Shown here in pieces: positions 9,390 through 20,100 of a stretch of DNA of 64,000 nt. Source of the stretch: an uncultured Methanosarcinaceae archaeon (GTDB lineage: Archaea; Halobacteriota; Methanosarcinia; Methanosarcinales; Methanosarcinaceae); the NCBI GenBank assembly GCA_963721455.1, contig CAVRJG010000038.1:32001-96000 (forward strand), read 5' to 3'. The translations under genes were made by a program, and so were the position numbers. Within the stretch, counting starts at the first letter, position 1. Each line of letters begins with the position of its first letter. Under the pieces are notes generated by a model. It did no database searches, was not told the origin of the DNA, and saw only the letters and a program-made list of their open reading frames with translations.

Positions 9390-10258
9390 TTAATGATAAG
9401 CATCAAACTGGTGGCGATGGATCTACAAATATTCAAGGAAATACTATTAATATTATTACAAATACTAATAATTTTTATACTAACGATCCAGAAGAGCAGG
9501 AAAAACCCAGCAAAGAAGCAGTCTCGCGTCCTCCAGATAACACGCCTCTAGAAGAACCAGAAAGTCATGCAAAAGAATTATTCATTGGGATAATTCTATG
9601 TCTTCTGATATTTAGCGGAGTTGTACTGATAAATGGGGCCGATTATACACCATCGGGGGTCTCACCAGCACCAGAAAATCGGATAACAAGCAATGGTGAT
9701 GGTACGACTTCACAGGTAAATACAACTGTTTCAGATCAACCACTTCCTGTTGCTGACTTTTCGGCAGATATAACATTAGGAAATGCGCCGCTAACAGTTA
9801 AGTTTACAGATATGTCTAAGAATGCAAACGAGTGGAACTGGAACTTAGGAGATAAATTCATTACAAAGGATCAAAGTCCAGAGCATACCTATACAAAAGC
9901 AGGAACTTATACTGTGGAAGAGACCGTAAGTAATGCAAAAGGTAATAGTAAAATGAATAAATTAAATTATATCACTGTTGCACCTCCTCTGCCACCTCTA
10001 GTTGCTAACTTTTCGGCAGACAAAACAGCAGGAAATGCACCACTGACAGTTAGGTTTACCGACAAGAGTGCCGGATCACCCACTAGATGGAAATGGAGTT
10101 TTGGAGATGGAAATACTTCAACCGACTGTAATCCAAAATACACCTATTCAACAGCCGGAACTTATACGGTGAAAGAAACCGTGTTTAGAGAAACCATAAG
10201 TAATCAAACTGAGAGTAAAAATGAAAGAAAAATAAATTATATCACTGTTTGGAGGTAG
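9386..10258 (+). CDS. Single-pass membrane protein with N-terminal QTGGDGSTNIQ motif and two PKD domains
   Basis: GGAGG RBS; TM LFIGIILCLLIFSGVVLI; two PVA.FSAD...GNAPLTV.FTD.S...W.W..GD...HTY..AGTYTV repeats. Confidence 0.88.
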   Translation: MINDKHQTGGDGSTNIQGNTINIITNTNNFYTNDPEEQEKPSKEAVSRPPDNTPLEEPESHAKELFIGIILCLLIFSGVVLINGADYTPSGVSPAPENRITSNGDGTTSQVNTTVSDQPLPVADFSADITLGNAPLTVKFTDMSKNANEWNWNLGDKFITKDQSPEHTYTKAGTYTVEETVSNAKGNSKMNKLNYITVAPPLPPLVANFSADKTAGNAPLTVRFTDKSAGSPTRWKWSFGDGNTSTDCNPKYTYSTAGTYTVKETVFRETISNQTESKNERKINYITVWR

Positions 10259-10295
10259 AACACGTTCGACATTTTTAAAAATCCATTCAAGAAAA

Positions 10296-10345
10296 TTTGT
10301 TAGCCCTGAATTTGGGGTTCTGAAAGTCGATTCTCAAGAAATAAG
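10296..10345. repeat. Dispersed hairpin repeat A, copy 2
   Basis: Matches 7238-7290. Confidence 0.8.
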
Positions 10346-10402
10346 GCAAAAGGATTTCTTATGTTGATTGGAAAAAACTAGGGTTTTCTAAGGGAACTTT
10401 AC

Positions 10403-10595
10403 ATTACATGAAACAAAACGCCAAAAGTGATAAGCCTTTCACGCTCAACAGCCATGTTTTGGAGAGGGTTAAAGCTTGGGAAAACTTAGTTCTGGGGGTT
10501 AAGTTAACCTCTAAAGTCGGTTTATTTATAGACACTCTATGAACTGATAGCAGAAAAGACGAGCAGATAGGCAAGCTTAGTGAAGCACACAGAAG
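10403..10595 (+). repeat. Direct repeat B, copy 2 (of 8646-8835)
   Basis: ATTACATGAA.CAAAACGCCAAAA.TGATAAGCCTTTCACGCT.AACAGCCATGTTTTGGAGAGGGTTAA.GCTTGGGAAAAC shared. Confidence 0.85.
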
Positions 10596-11059
10596 CAAGA
10601 GATAAGATACAGGGAAAGAAGAAGGAGCCCCTGATTAAGAAGTTATGTAAAAACTGCAATAAACCCTTCTTCCCACTTTCAGCAGTAAAATTTCAGTATT
10701 TAACATTTTTACTGTTAACGATTCTCAATATAACATAAATTTATGGACTTTTGTACAGGAATTAAAGGTGGGTATGTATGAATTTAAAGACCAAAAAATG
10801 ACAGCATTCAATTTTCATCGAGTTTCATTTTGATTTTAGATTATTTTCAAATTTTCAAAAACGTTATCGAAGAAATAGTGATTTCCGAAAAAAAATACTT
10901 CGGAATGTGGGTTCTTTACAGAAAACCCGAAAAAGAAACATGTTCCTGAAGGGTTATATACTCGGATTAAAAAAGAAGCAAAAAGAGAATTGAAATATTA
11001 ATTATCCTGCTTTTTGACAACCCATTTACCATTATCTGAAACCATAATTCCAGATTCTA

Positions 11060-13833
11060 TTAACTCTTTGTATTACCTGCACTCTCAATTCCTTTAGAGT
11101 GTTCACCCAACAGTTTAGCATTCTGAGTACGCATATGGTCAGCACCTAGTTTATTTTCGAATATCTGCAGCGAGCGTTCAAATAGGGGTAAAGCATAATC
11201 GCCCTTTCCAGCACATCCGTCAATAATTCCTAGATCCAATAATGATATTGCGAAATCAACGTGATCATTTCCTAGACTTTTCCCCCGAATATCAAGTGCC
11301 TGTTGGCAAAATTCGTGAGCTTTTTCAAATTCATGTGTTTCAATATAGAGATTTCCCATGTTGTTCATAATTAATGCAACCATGGAGTGTTCCTGTCCCA
11401 GACTATTTCTAGCTGTATTTAAGGCTCTTTGATAAAATTCGAGGGCTTTCTCATAATTATCCATTATGCGATATGTAACAGCTATGTTATTTAATAAACT
11501 CACAACCTTTGAGTTTTCTGACCCTAAATGATATTCAGTTACTTGTAAAGCTCGTTGATAAGCCTCCAATGCATCATCGCATCTATGCATATATTGATAA
11601 GCAGATCCTAAATTGGCTAATGTTTCTGCAATAATTATGTGATTTTCTTCCAATTTCTCTTCTGCAATTTCAACAGCCCTTTGACAGTATTTCACCCCAT
11701 CTTCAATATTGTCCATTAGAGTACACAGCGCCCCTAAGGTGGACAGGCTTTGTGCAACTACAGGATGTTTAGGGCCAAGCTTTTTTTTGTTTATATTAAA
11801 TGCTTTTTGAGCAAGGGCAAAAGCTTCGTTATAATTACCTAATTGCTGATGAATTACTGCTAGATTTTCTGCCGTTTTAGCAACTTCGAGATCTTCTTCC
11901 CCCAAAAGAGCTTCTCGAACAATTAGAGCTTCCTGGCATAGCTCCATTGCTTTGTTATACTGACCTAAGAATTGATAAGTCATTGCCATATTTTGTTGTA
12001 CAAGTGCAAAATAAAGAGGCTCTTTGTTAACTTCATTCTGAAGTATGTAAAGTGCCTTTTGTTGCAGTGTAAGCGCTTTTTCATACTCACCAATACCCGT
12101 ATAAGAATTTGCTAAATCGTTAGATGCCATTGCAATTGCAAGGTCATCAATTACAAGGTCAACCCCTCTATATTTTTTGCCTAAATTTTTTTCATATATT
12201 TCAAGAACTTGTTGGTAATACGATATTGCTTCGTTGTATCTCCCTCTATCTTCACTTAAATAAGCTAATTTTTTCGTAAGAATTCCAACATAAGGATGTT
12301 CTGGCCCGAGCCTTTCCTTAAAAACCTCAACAAGATCGTTAAACATCGGATAAATTGTTTTCCAGTATCCAGCTTTATCAAATGTTTCGGTATATTCAAT
12401 AATCCATCCACCTAAGTCGTCGAATTCCAATACTTCTTTTGCATGATAATAAGCTTCGATTAATGCAATTTCATGTTCTTGGGTGATCGATTTTACATCG
12501 ATGTCTTTGATTTTATTACTATAGTAATTATGCAAAAATAGATGAACTTCTTTTCTATATGTCGCATCTTGATGTTCTTGAAGACTTTTCCTCATTAACT
12601 GGTGGAGTGAAAAACTATCATCCTTGACCTCTTTAATAAAAGAATATTTAATCAAGTCTGTAAATTCGCCAGATGAATAAGTTGGATTGAATTTTTTTAT
12701 CAATAATTCAAATAGATTTCGATCCCATGAATTCGGTGCTGAAAGTATATTAAGAGTTCTTTTTTCATTTTTATCAAGGTACTTCACAAACGTGTCAAAT
12801 ATCTCTTTCTTTGTACCTGCGAAGTTTTTAGCTTCGGGTTTTTTGTTCCTACTTACTTGCTCGTAAGTATCAACAGACAGGTTAAGGTAGTATGGAACTC
12901 CTTCGCTTGCTTTAACTATTACACCTCGAATGTCTTCCTCTTCTATATATTCGTTTAAGAATTGTTCACTATATTTTTCTGGTAGATCCTCTATCAGGCA
13001 CTCTTTATACACATTTTCCCAGTCTTGCTCGTCGTCTACCCAGAGTGATTTTATCTGTTCTCTCCCACATATTACCCATGAGACTCCTGGCATATTGGGA
13101 ATTAGGCATTCTCGTATCCATTTATCTTTTTCATGAAACTACCTTTTCCCCGCAGTCTGTCCCAAAGAGCTTCATAAGTATCAATAAAAATACAAGCTCT
13201 TGAATTATGCCTAAACTACCTGTAAAATCTGCAGCAAAAATACCAGGCAATTTCTTTTCGATTTCATGAGCTTCCATAGATTCAAGTTTATTTATGTCTA
13301 TAGGCAACTCTCTCAAAAATCTTCTACTTTTTCAGGGGCTTGTTTATAGTATCAACTATCCGTTTTGCAGGTATCGATCTAAAGGTCCAAATGCGGTTTC
13401 ATTAAGAGCATTTAGTACACTCGTGAAAAAACCATCTTCTTTAATCATTGGATATGTCTCTTTATTCAACGGAATATCAGGCCTACTTTTTTTTCGAAAA
13501 TATGGCATGAGCCAAGTTAAACGATAAAACCTCACATTGCGTTTTTTCTGAATTTTGTTCCTGAGTGCTATTAAAAAAGTACTCACATTTCTATGGGATC
13601 GTTTTCCAAATCCATAGATACCCAAAGCATTTCAGGGTAATCTCCGTGTTCAATATATATTGCAACTCATGTTGCAACTCGCTTTTACCAATGCCTGCTA
13701 TACCATAGTAAAATAGAGCATTATAATCTTGATTATTAGGGTTTTGAATGAAGTTTTTAAAATTATCAATGCAAGTTTCGCGATCAACAAAAACTCTTTC
13801 CTTCCTAAAATAATCAGTCGGATGAAGTGCCAT
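11060..13833 (-). pseudogene. STAND/NLR-like P-loop ATPase + TPR protein, frameshifted in the ATPase region
   Basis: Pieces 13591-13833 (FVDRE, Walker A GIAGIGKS), 13356-13625, 13131-13316 and 11060-13093 (WVICGRE, SEGVPYYL, FSLHQLMR winged helix, ~10 TPRs of LG.EHP.VA type). Confidence 0.8.
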
Positions 13834-14019
13834 TTATAAAAAATCTCCACAAGCTCAATCGCCGTTTTTACCTCGGAACTTCTGATACATTTATTAGTCG
13901 ACCTATATTACATTTTGGAAATTTTTAATACATTATTATGATTATTTTGTTACAAACGGATTAATTTTTCTGATATTCGTAACTGTTTGATATTTTAGAT
14001 ATTCTACATACTATGCTTT

Positions 14020-14082
14020 TCTAAACTTAGTTGTTCTACATCATATGGGAATACGGAAATTGTTTAGACCGATTACCGTCCA
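14020..14082. repeat. Dispersed repeat C, copy 2
   Basis: Matches 7420-7480. Confidence 0.65.
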
Positions 14083-14580
14083 ATTAAACACAAAAACAGA
14101 TTACGAAATTTGTATTAAGCCTCAAAATAAGCCTGTTGATATCTTTTTTACTGCGTTTAATTTTTGTTCCATTTACTCAAAATATTGAATCTAAGTTTAT
14201 TGTGCTATTGGGATTTATGAATAAAATACATTCAGGCTACTGGTCTGATTTACATTGGAAAGGAAGCAAATAATATTGAGGAATAGCCTTTGGATGTAAC
14301 TAGACCATAGATTTCCATTAATGTGGAAGAGATTAAGTAGAATATTTTGCTGTTAAGCCCTGAAGAAGCCAGAAAAATAGGACTCAAGTACGAAGTGCTT
14401 TAGCTTATTTGAAGAAAAAAGCAAAGAAAGGAATATTAAATTTAAATACCAAAAATATGAGGAAAGTTCTGAAGTATTATTACTCTTGAACGTGTGAATA
14501 TAAGCCAATATTATTAATTCTGATGCATGAAGCTGGTTTATTGACTAGCTTCATGAATGAGTTATGGGAAAATTTAGGTT

Positions 14581-14643
14581 CTGAGTTAAACAGCATCCGA
14601 GTTAAACAACAACTAAGCTAAACAATACCAAGTTAAACAACCA
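14581..14643. repeat. Four ~16-bp degenerate direct repeats (RAGTTAAACA core)
   Basis: GAGTTAAACAGCATCC GAGTTAAACAACAACT AAGCTAAACAATACC AAGTTAAACAACC. Confidence 0.65.
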
Positions 14644-14730
14644 AAAAATTAGGGTTTTCTAGAGGTTCTTTGCATTTGATAACCTTATCACAGAATATTT
14701 TTTTGATTTTTCTGTGTTTTATTCGTTTTC

Positions 14731-16178
14731 TTAGATATTGTCCAATCTTTTATCTTCCGAAAATAGCATTTCATAATTGATCGCTAATATTAGCCTGTAT
14801 GCGTTATTTAGCCTTATATTTTTAAATTTTCTCCAAAACCCCCCTGAATAATAAAGATACATACCAATAACTAAAAGAACAAAGTTTTCTACCATGTTAT
14901 TATTTATCTCATTTGTTTGTAACCACATTATTAACATAATAATACCGAATATAATTGGAATGGCTCCATACAATATATTCGCTACTTCTATGATTTTGTA
15001 TCCATATTTTTGTTTTACTATTTGAGTTCCCTAATGACAGGATTAGTGCATAGAAGGTGACCAAAATATACGCGATTACAATACCGGCACCTAGTCTTGT
15101 AATAATATCGAAAGGAATTATTTTTGATGTAATTATAGACTCCAAGTTGGAGGACATTGGTGGTGTTAAAATCGAAAAATTAAGCCAGTATAAAGAAAAA
15201 GATTTGTAGGATCTAAAAAATGGGAGTATCTATCAACCCAAATCCCGTTAAAATATTGGTGTGAGTTGAAGACAAATCTTGATGTATATCATTTACTAGT
15301 TGGTTTGCACAAACCAGCATAAATTGAAGTTCTTTTTCTCTATAATTTTTGAGGTCTAACTCTTTACTATTTAAAATGGAACCATAAATTTTATCGTGTA
15401 ATTGATATGGACTTGGCTCAATACGAATTTCTTTATATAGTAAGTTATTTTCATATTTAGATATTTTATAAAGAAAATAATTTTCAGGCGTAGCCTTAGT
15501 CATATTTTTTTCTGTTTGAATTGGAATTAAGCCAATTATTTACCCAGTCAAAATAAGGTATTATACTTACCGCGAATACTATTATAATTAATAAAGGTAG
15601 CCATTCTAAAGCATGATGAAAACTATTGACAAACACATCAATGAGAAGAAAACAACCTAAAATAATAAGAAAAATTAGGGGATATCTGATTGTTTCTTTT
15701 TTTGCTATTTTGGAGGTTATTTTGACAATAGTTGTGAAAAATAAAAGACTGAGATACTAAGTAGACACTGCCATAAAAGGACAAAAAGAAAGAAATATGA
15801 GAATCGGAGGAAATATAGAAAGTAGTTGAAATTAAAAAAAGTATAAGTGAAATTAAAAATCCTTTGGCATATTTATAATCATAACCTCTATCCTCAATTC
15901 GAAATAAAAAGAATAGAATTACAAGCGCAGATAAAAAACTAAAATAGCTTAACGCGATCTCCAATATAGACTCAAATGATGAGGGGTTTCTTAAGATTAA
16001 ATCTATAGAAAAAATCAACAAATATGAGAATATCCATTTGGCGAAGGAGTTAAATGTATAAGAATTTTTGTAAATTTTAAACCACCCATAGTAAACTGAA
16101 AGAAAGAACGGCTAAAACACCTATAATCAAAACTAAGTACACAGCTAACATGATTTCAGTAGGAATTCCGGTTTCCAC
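14731..16178 (-). pseudogene. Frameshifted multi-pass membrane protein of unknown function
   Basis: Chain of hydrophobic ORF fragments (15638-16021, 15213-15503, 14909-15157, 14731-14973); GTG at 16178 with GAGGA RBS; very low GC. Confidence 0.55.
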
Positions 16179-16347
16179 AATATCCTCTTTTAAAATATTG
16201 TATTCTTGGTTAATAGTATGGAAAAACAAGGCGTTCTATATAAACATTTTTAAATATTATTATAAATATATTAAGGATGTGAGATGAATATCAGTTTTTA
16301 ATTTCAATTTTTTAAGTTAGTTATTTTTTCAATAGATCAATATAAAA

Positions 16348-16582
16348 CCTACTTTCGGCAGGTAACTTGTATTTTTCACAATATATTTACTGCTAGCGTT
16401 TTTGCTGGAAAACACATATTGTCTGATACCAAACGTTATTGCAAAATTGGTTCATTGTTCATATATGTCGTGAGATTTGGGTTATACGTTAACCAGTTAC
16501 AAACCCAATATATATTTGCATAATGTTTGAAAAACGCCATCAGTAAAAATTTAATATCTAATGTCGACCTGCCGAATGTAGG
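16348..16582. mobile_element. MITE (~235 bp)
   Basis: TIRs CCTACTTTCGGCAGGT / ACCTGCCGAATGTAGG; related element at 41180-41437. Confidence 0.8.
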
Positions 16583-16742
16583 ATAAAAGAGAAATCTGAG
16601 TTCTTTTGTCAAGTCAATTGTCGTTTGTCGAAAAAGAGTTTACTTATTTTTTGGTTAGGGCAGCTTTTGGAAAAAACAGTGCTGTGGATATTTATCAGTT
16701 GCGTACACTTTATTTGAGATCCCTATTATTCCTCCCTACAAG

Positions 16743-16765
16743 TGCGAGGGGTAGGATTCGAACCT
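16743..16765 (-). other. 3' fragment of a tRNA (T-arm + acceptor strand, Leu-type), att-like scar
   Basis: Minus strand AGGTTCGAATCCTACCCCTCGCA; no D-arm or anticodon upstream. Confidence 0.7.
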
Positions 16766-17174
16766 TTATCCTTAATTAACTGACTTCATTGACCTGCATA
16801 CTTTAACTGTTTTCAATTACTCAAAAATCGGCATGTTTATTCACTTGCAAAGTAAAATAAGTTGCAAATTAAGAACAGAGTACAGGAATTTAACAATACT
16901 ATAAAAGGAATGATAATATGACTGGGAATACGGATAAAGGGAAAAAGAAGACAAAATCACAGGAAACGTCTGCATGTACAACAGATGCTCAGAATCAGGG
17001 AGAGAAACCAAAGAGAAAATGTTGTAAGAAGAAATAAAAAATCAGTTTGTAATTTATTGTTTTTATTCCATGTTTTTTCATTTCAAAGAGACCTTTTAGG
17101 AAGGAGTCTTTTGAAAAAAAAGGTTTGGAAAAGACTCCTTCTTCCTGTGGGGAATCTTTTCTCTGGCAGAAACC

Positions 17175-20100
17175 TTAGTAGAGGTTTTCGCTGGAACGTT
17201 CTTCGTTTTGAATGCATTTTAAGGCTTCAAGTTTCCTTTTCGCATCTGCCATGTCAGGATAGAGGCGCAGGATTTCACTGAAAGTCCTTATGGCTTCGTC
17301 GTACTTTTCCATTTTTCCGAGGATAACTCCTCTGTAATTCATGGACTGGGCATCGCGGGGGTTTATTCTGAGCAGTTTGTCAAAGGCTTTCAGGGCTTCC
17401 TCGTATTCTCCGATTTTTGCAAGGGAGATGCCGAAATATTTCAGGGACTGCTCGTGCCAGGGGTTAAGGGCTAGGGCTTCGCCAAATGCCCTGCATGCAG
17501 TCTCGTAAAGTTTCTGTTTGAAGCAGACAACCCCTACATTATAGATTGCTTTGATGTTCTCAGGGTCTTTTTCCAGCACAAGGTCAAAAGACCGCAGGGC
17601 TTCCCTGTACAGTTCGAGCGTGCAGAAGGCAATTCCCTTATAGTTCAGGGCATCGAGGTTCTCAGGGGAGATCTCAAGGATGCGGTCAAAATAGCTCAGG
17701 GATTCCTGCGCCCGGTCAAGCTTGATAAGGGTCGTGGCTGCGTTGTAAAGGGCTTCTTCATTCTTCGGATTGAAAAGTGCGGCTTTTTCAAAGGCTTTCA
17801 GGGCTTCTTCCGGGCTTTCGAGTTCCAGAAGGCAGAGCCCCAGATAGTTCAGGCTTTCAGGGTCTTCGGGCGCGGCTTCCAGCAGCATTCCAAAGGTTTC
17901 GGCAGCAGCCTCGTACTCTTCAAGGTTGAAAAGCACAAGAGCGCTGTGATAGAGGGCTTCCCTGTGCGCCGGGTCTTGCTCCAGAATTATACCAAAAGCC
18001 TCCAGGGCTTTTTCATATTCCTCAAGCTCCATTCTGGCAATCCCGAGCCTGTAACAGGCTTCAATAAAGTCCGGGAAATCAGGGGCAAGCAGGAGTACCC
18101 TTTCAAGGTCCCGCGCAGCTTCCTTGAAGTGCTGGAGCTTGAAATTAGCCACTGACCGGCTGTAGAGAGCGTTTATGTTTTCAGGGTTCAGGACCAGAGC
18201 CGAGTTGAAAGCCAGGCGGGCTTCCTCGTAACCATCCAGTCCAAGAAGGGCAAGCCCCTTTTGCTCCCAGGCAGCTTCCAGAGCCGAATCGAGCTCCACT
18301 GCCCTTTCAAAAGCTTCTACCGCTTGCTGGTCCCGTTCAAGCCCCCTTAAAGCAAGCCCTGTTACGTACCAGATATCTGCAGCCTCTGGTTTTGCCTCGA
18401 GGATTTTTCCAAATGCCTCAAGGGCTGCTTCATAGCCTCCCAATTTGAGCTGGGCAAGCCCCATTTTCGTCCAGGCGTCTCCTGTCTCGAAATCATTTAA
18501 TTTATTTTTCAATCCGGGGCTTTCCTTCTGGTTTTCCAGGACAGCCTGCTCGAAGGCTTCGAGGGCTTCAGCATAGTATTCCAGAGAAAAGAGAGCAAGC
18601 CCTCTCCCGTACCATGCCTTTTCAAAGTCCGGATAGAGCGAAAGAAGTTCTGAAAACACCTCAAGGGCTTCTTCCAGCCTGCCGAGTTCCAGAAGCACAA
18701 TCCCTTTGCCGTAAAGAAGCTCTTTCGAAGCTGGTCTGCTCGCTGTAAGCTTTCCAAGTGGCAGCAGGGCTTCTTCATATTTCCCAAGTTTTATCAGGGA
18801 GGATGCAAACCTTTCAAGGAGCTCTCCAAAAGCCTGAGAGTTTTCAAAAGCCGGATTTTCTCCTGTACTTTCTCCTCCGTTTTCTTCCATATCCTCCCCG
18901 GTGTTTCCCCTATTAAAGTTCTCAGCTGCAAGTTCGAGAAGGGAATTAACCGCAGAAACAGCTTCTTCCAGCCTTCCGAGTTCAAAGAGGGCAAGGGCTT
19001 TCTTGTGCAGAACCTCAGGGTCGGTTGCTCCTGCTTTAAGGGCAATGTCAAAGGCTTCCACTGCTTTTTCATATTCTTCGAGTTCGAAGCAGGAAATTCC
19101 TGCATAATATGGCAATTCGGGCTTCTGGCAGCCGAGGTCAAGCGCGTTTTCAAAGGAGTCCAGGGCTTCTTCAAAGTTCCCCAGCCTGAAAAAGGCAATA
19201 GCTCTGGAGTAATGCAAATCTTCTTTTTTCGGGCAGTATTCCAGAGCCGCTTTAAACGCCTCAACTGCTTCCTGATATTCCTCAAGTTCAAAATGAGTAT
19301 ACCCTTTCTGCTCAAGGGCATAAGTACAGTCAGGCTTCAGTTTAAGGACTGAATCAAAGATGGCTGAAGCCTCCTTTACTTCTCCAAAGGCTTTTAACAC
19401 AACCCCTTTTCTAAAAAGGATTGTTTTTCGCTCCGGATTCTTCCTCAGAACCATATCAAAGATCTCAAGAGCTTCTGCGTAAAGCCCCTGTTTGAAGCAG
19501 GCTGTGCTCAGGTGTGCAAGAGCTTCAACATTGGACGGCCCCCTCTTAATGACCTCCCTGAAACCTGAAGCAGATTCTTCATATCTTCCTGACCGTAATA
19601 GAGAGAGGCTCTTCATGTAAAGAGCATCAGGGTTTCCGAAGTCTGTTTTAAGTACTGTCTCAAAAGCTCTTAAGGCACCCTCAAAATTCCCCAATTCGAA
19701 ACAGGAAAGCCCAAGCTGGTAACAGGCGTCCTGGAAGGCAGGGTCGATTTCAAGGACTTTTTTGAAGTCCCTGACAGCATCCTCATGCTGCTTTAGTTTT
19801 GAGTGGGATATGCCTCTTAAATACCAGGCTTCTGCAAACAGGGAATCCTGTTCAATAAGCCTTGAAAAAACCTCAAGCGCTTTTTCATAAGCTTCCTGCC
19901 TGATAAGTACACGTCCTTTCCAGTAAAGCGCAGAGGAGTTCTGTGCAGAGGGATCCCGTGCAGAGGAGTTTTGTGCAAAAGAATTTTTCCCGGAACCCTC
20001 AGCCATCTCTTCAAAAACAGAAAGGGCTTTATCGTACTTTCCTGATTCGAAGCTGGCAATCCCAAGATAATACCTGGCTTCTTCCCTGCCAGGGTCAAGT

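Noticed and set aside
16985-17281. 98-aa + strand ORF
   Set aside because: Overlaps the TPR gene end and terminator-like sequence; low-complexity composition.
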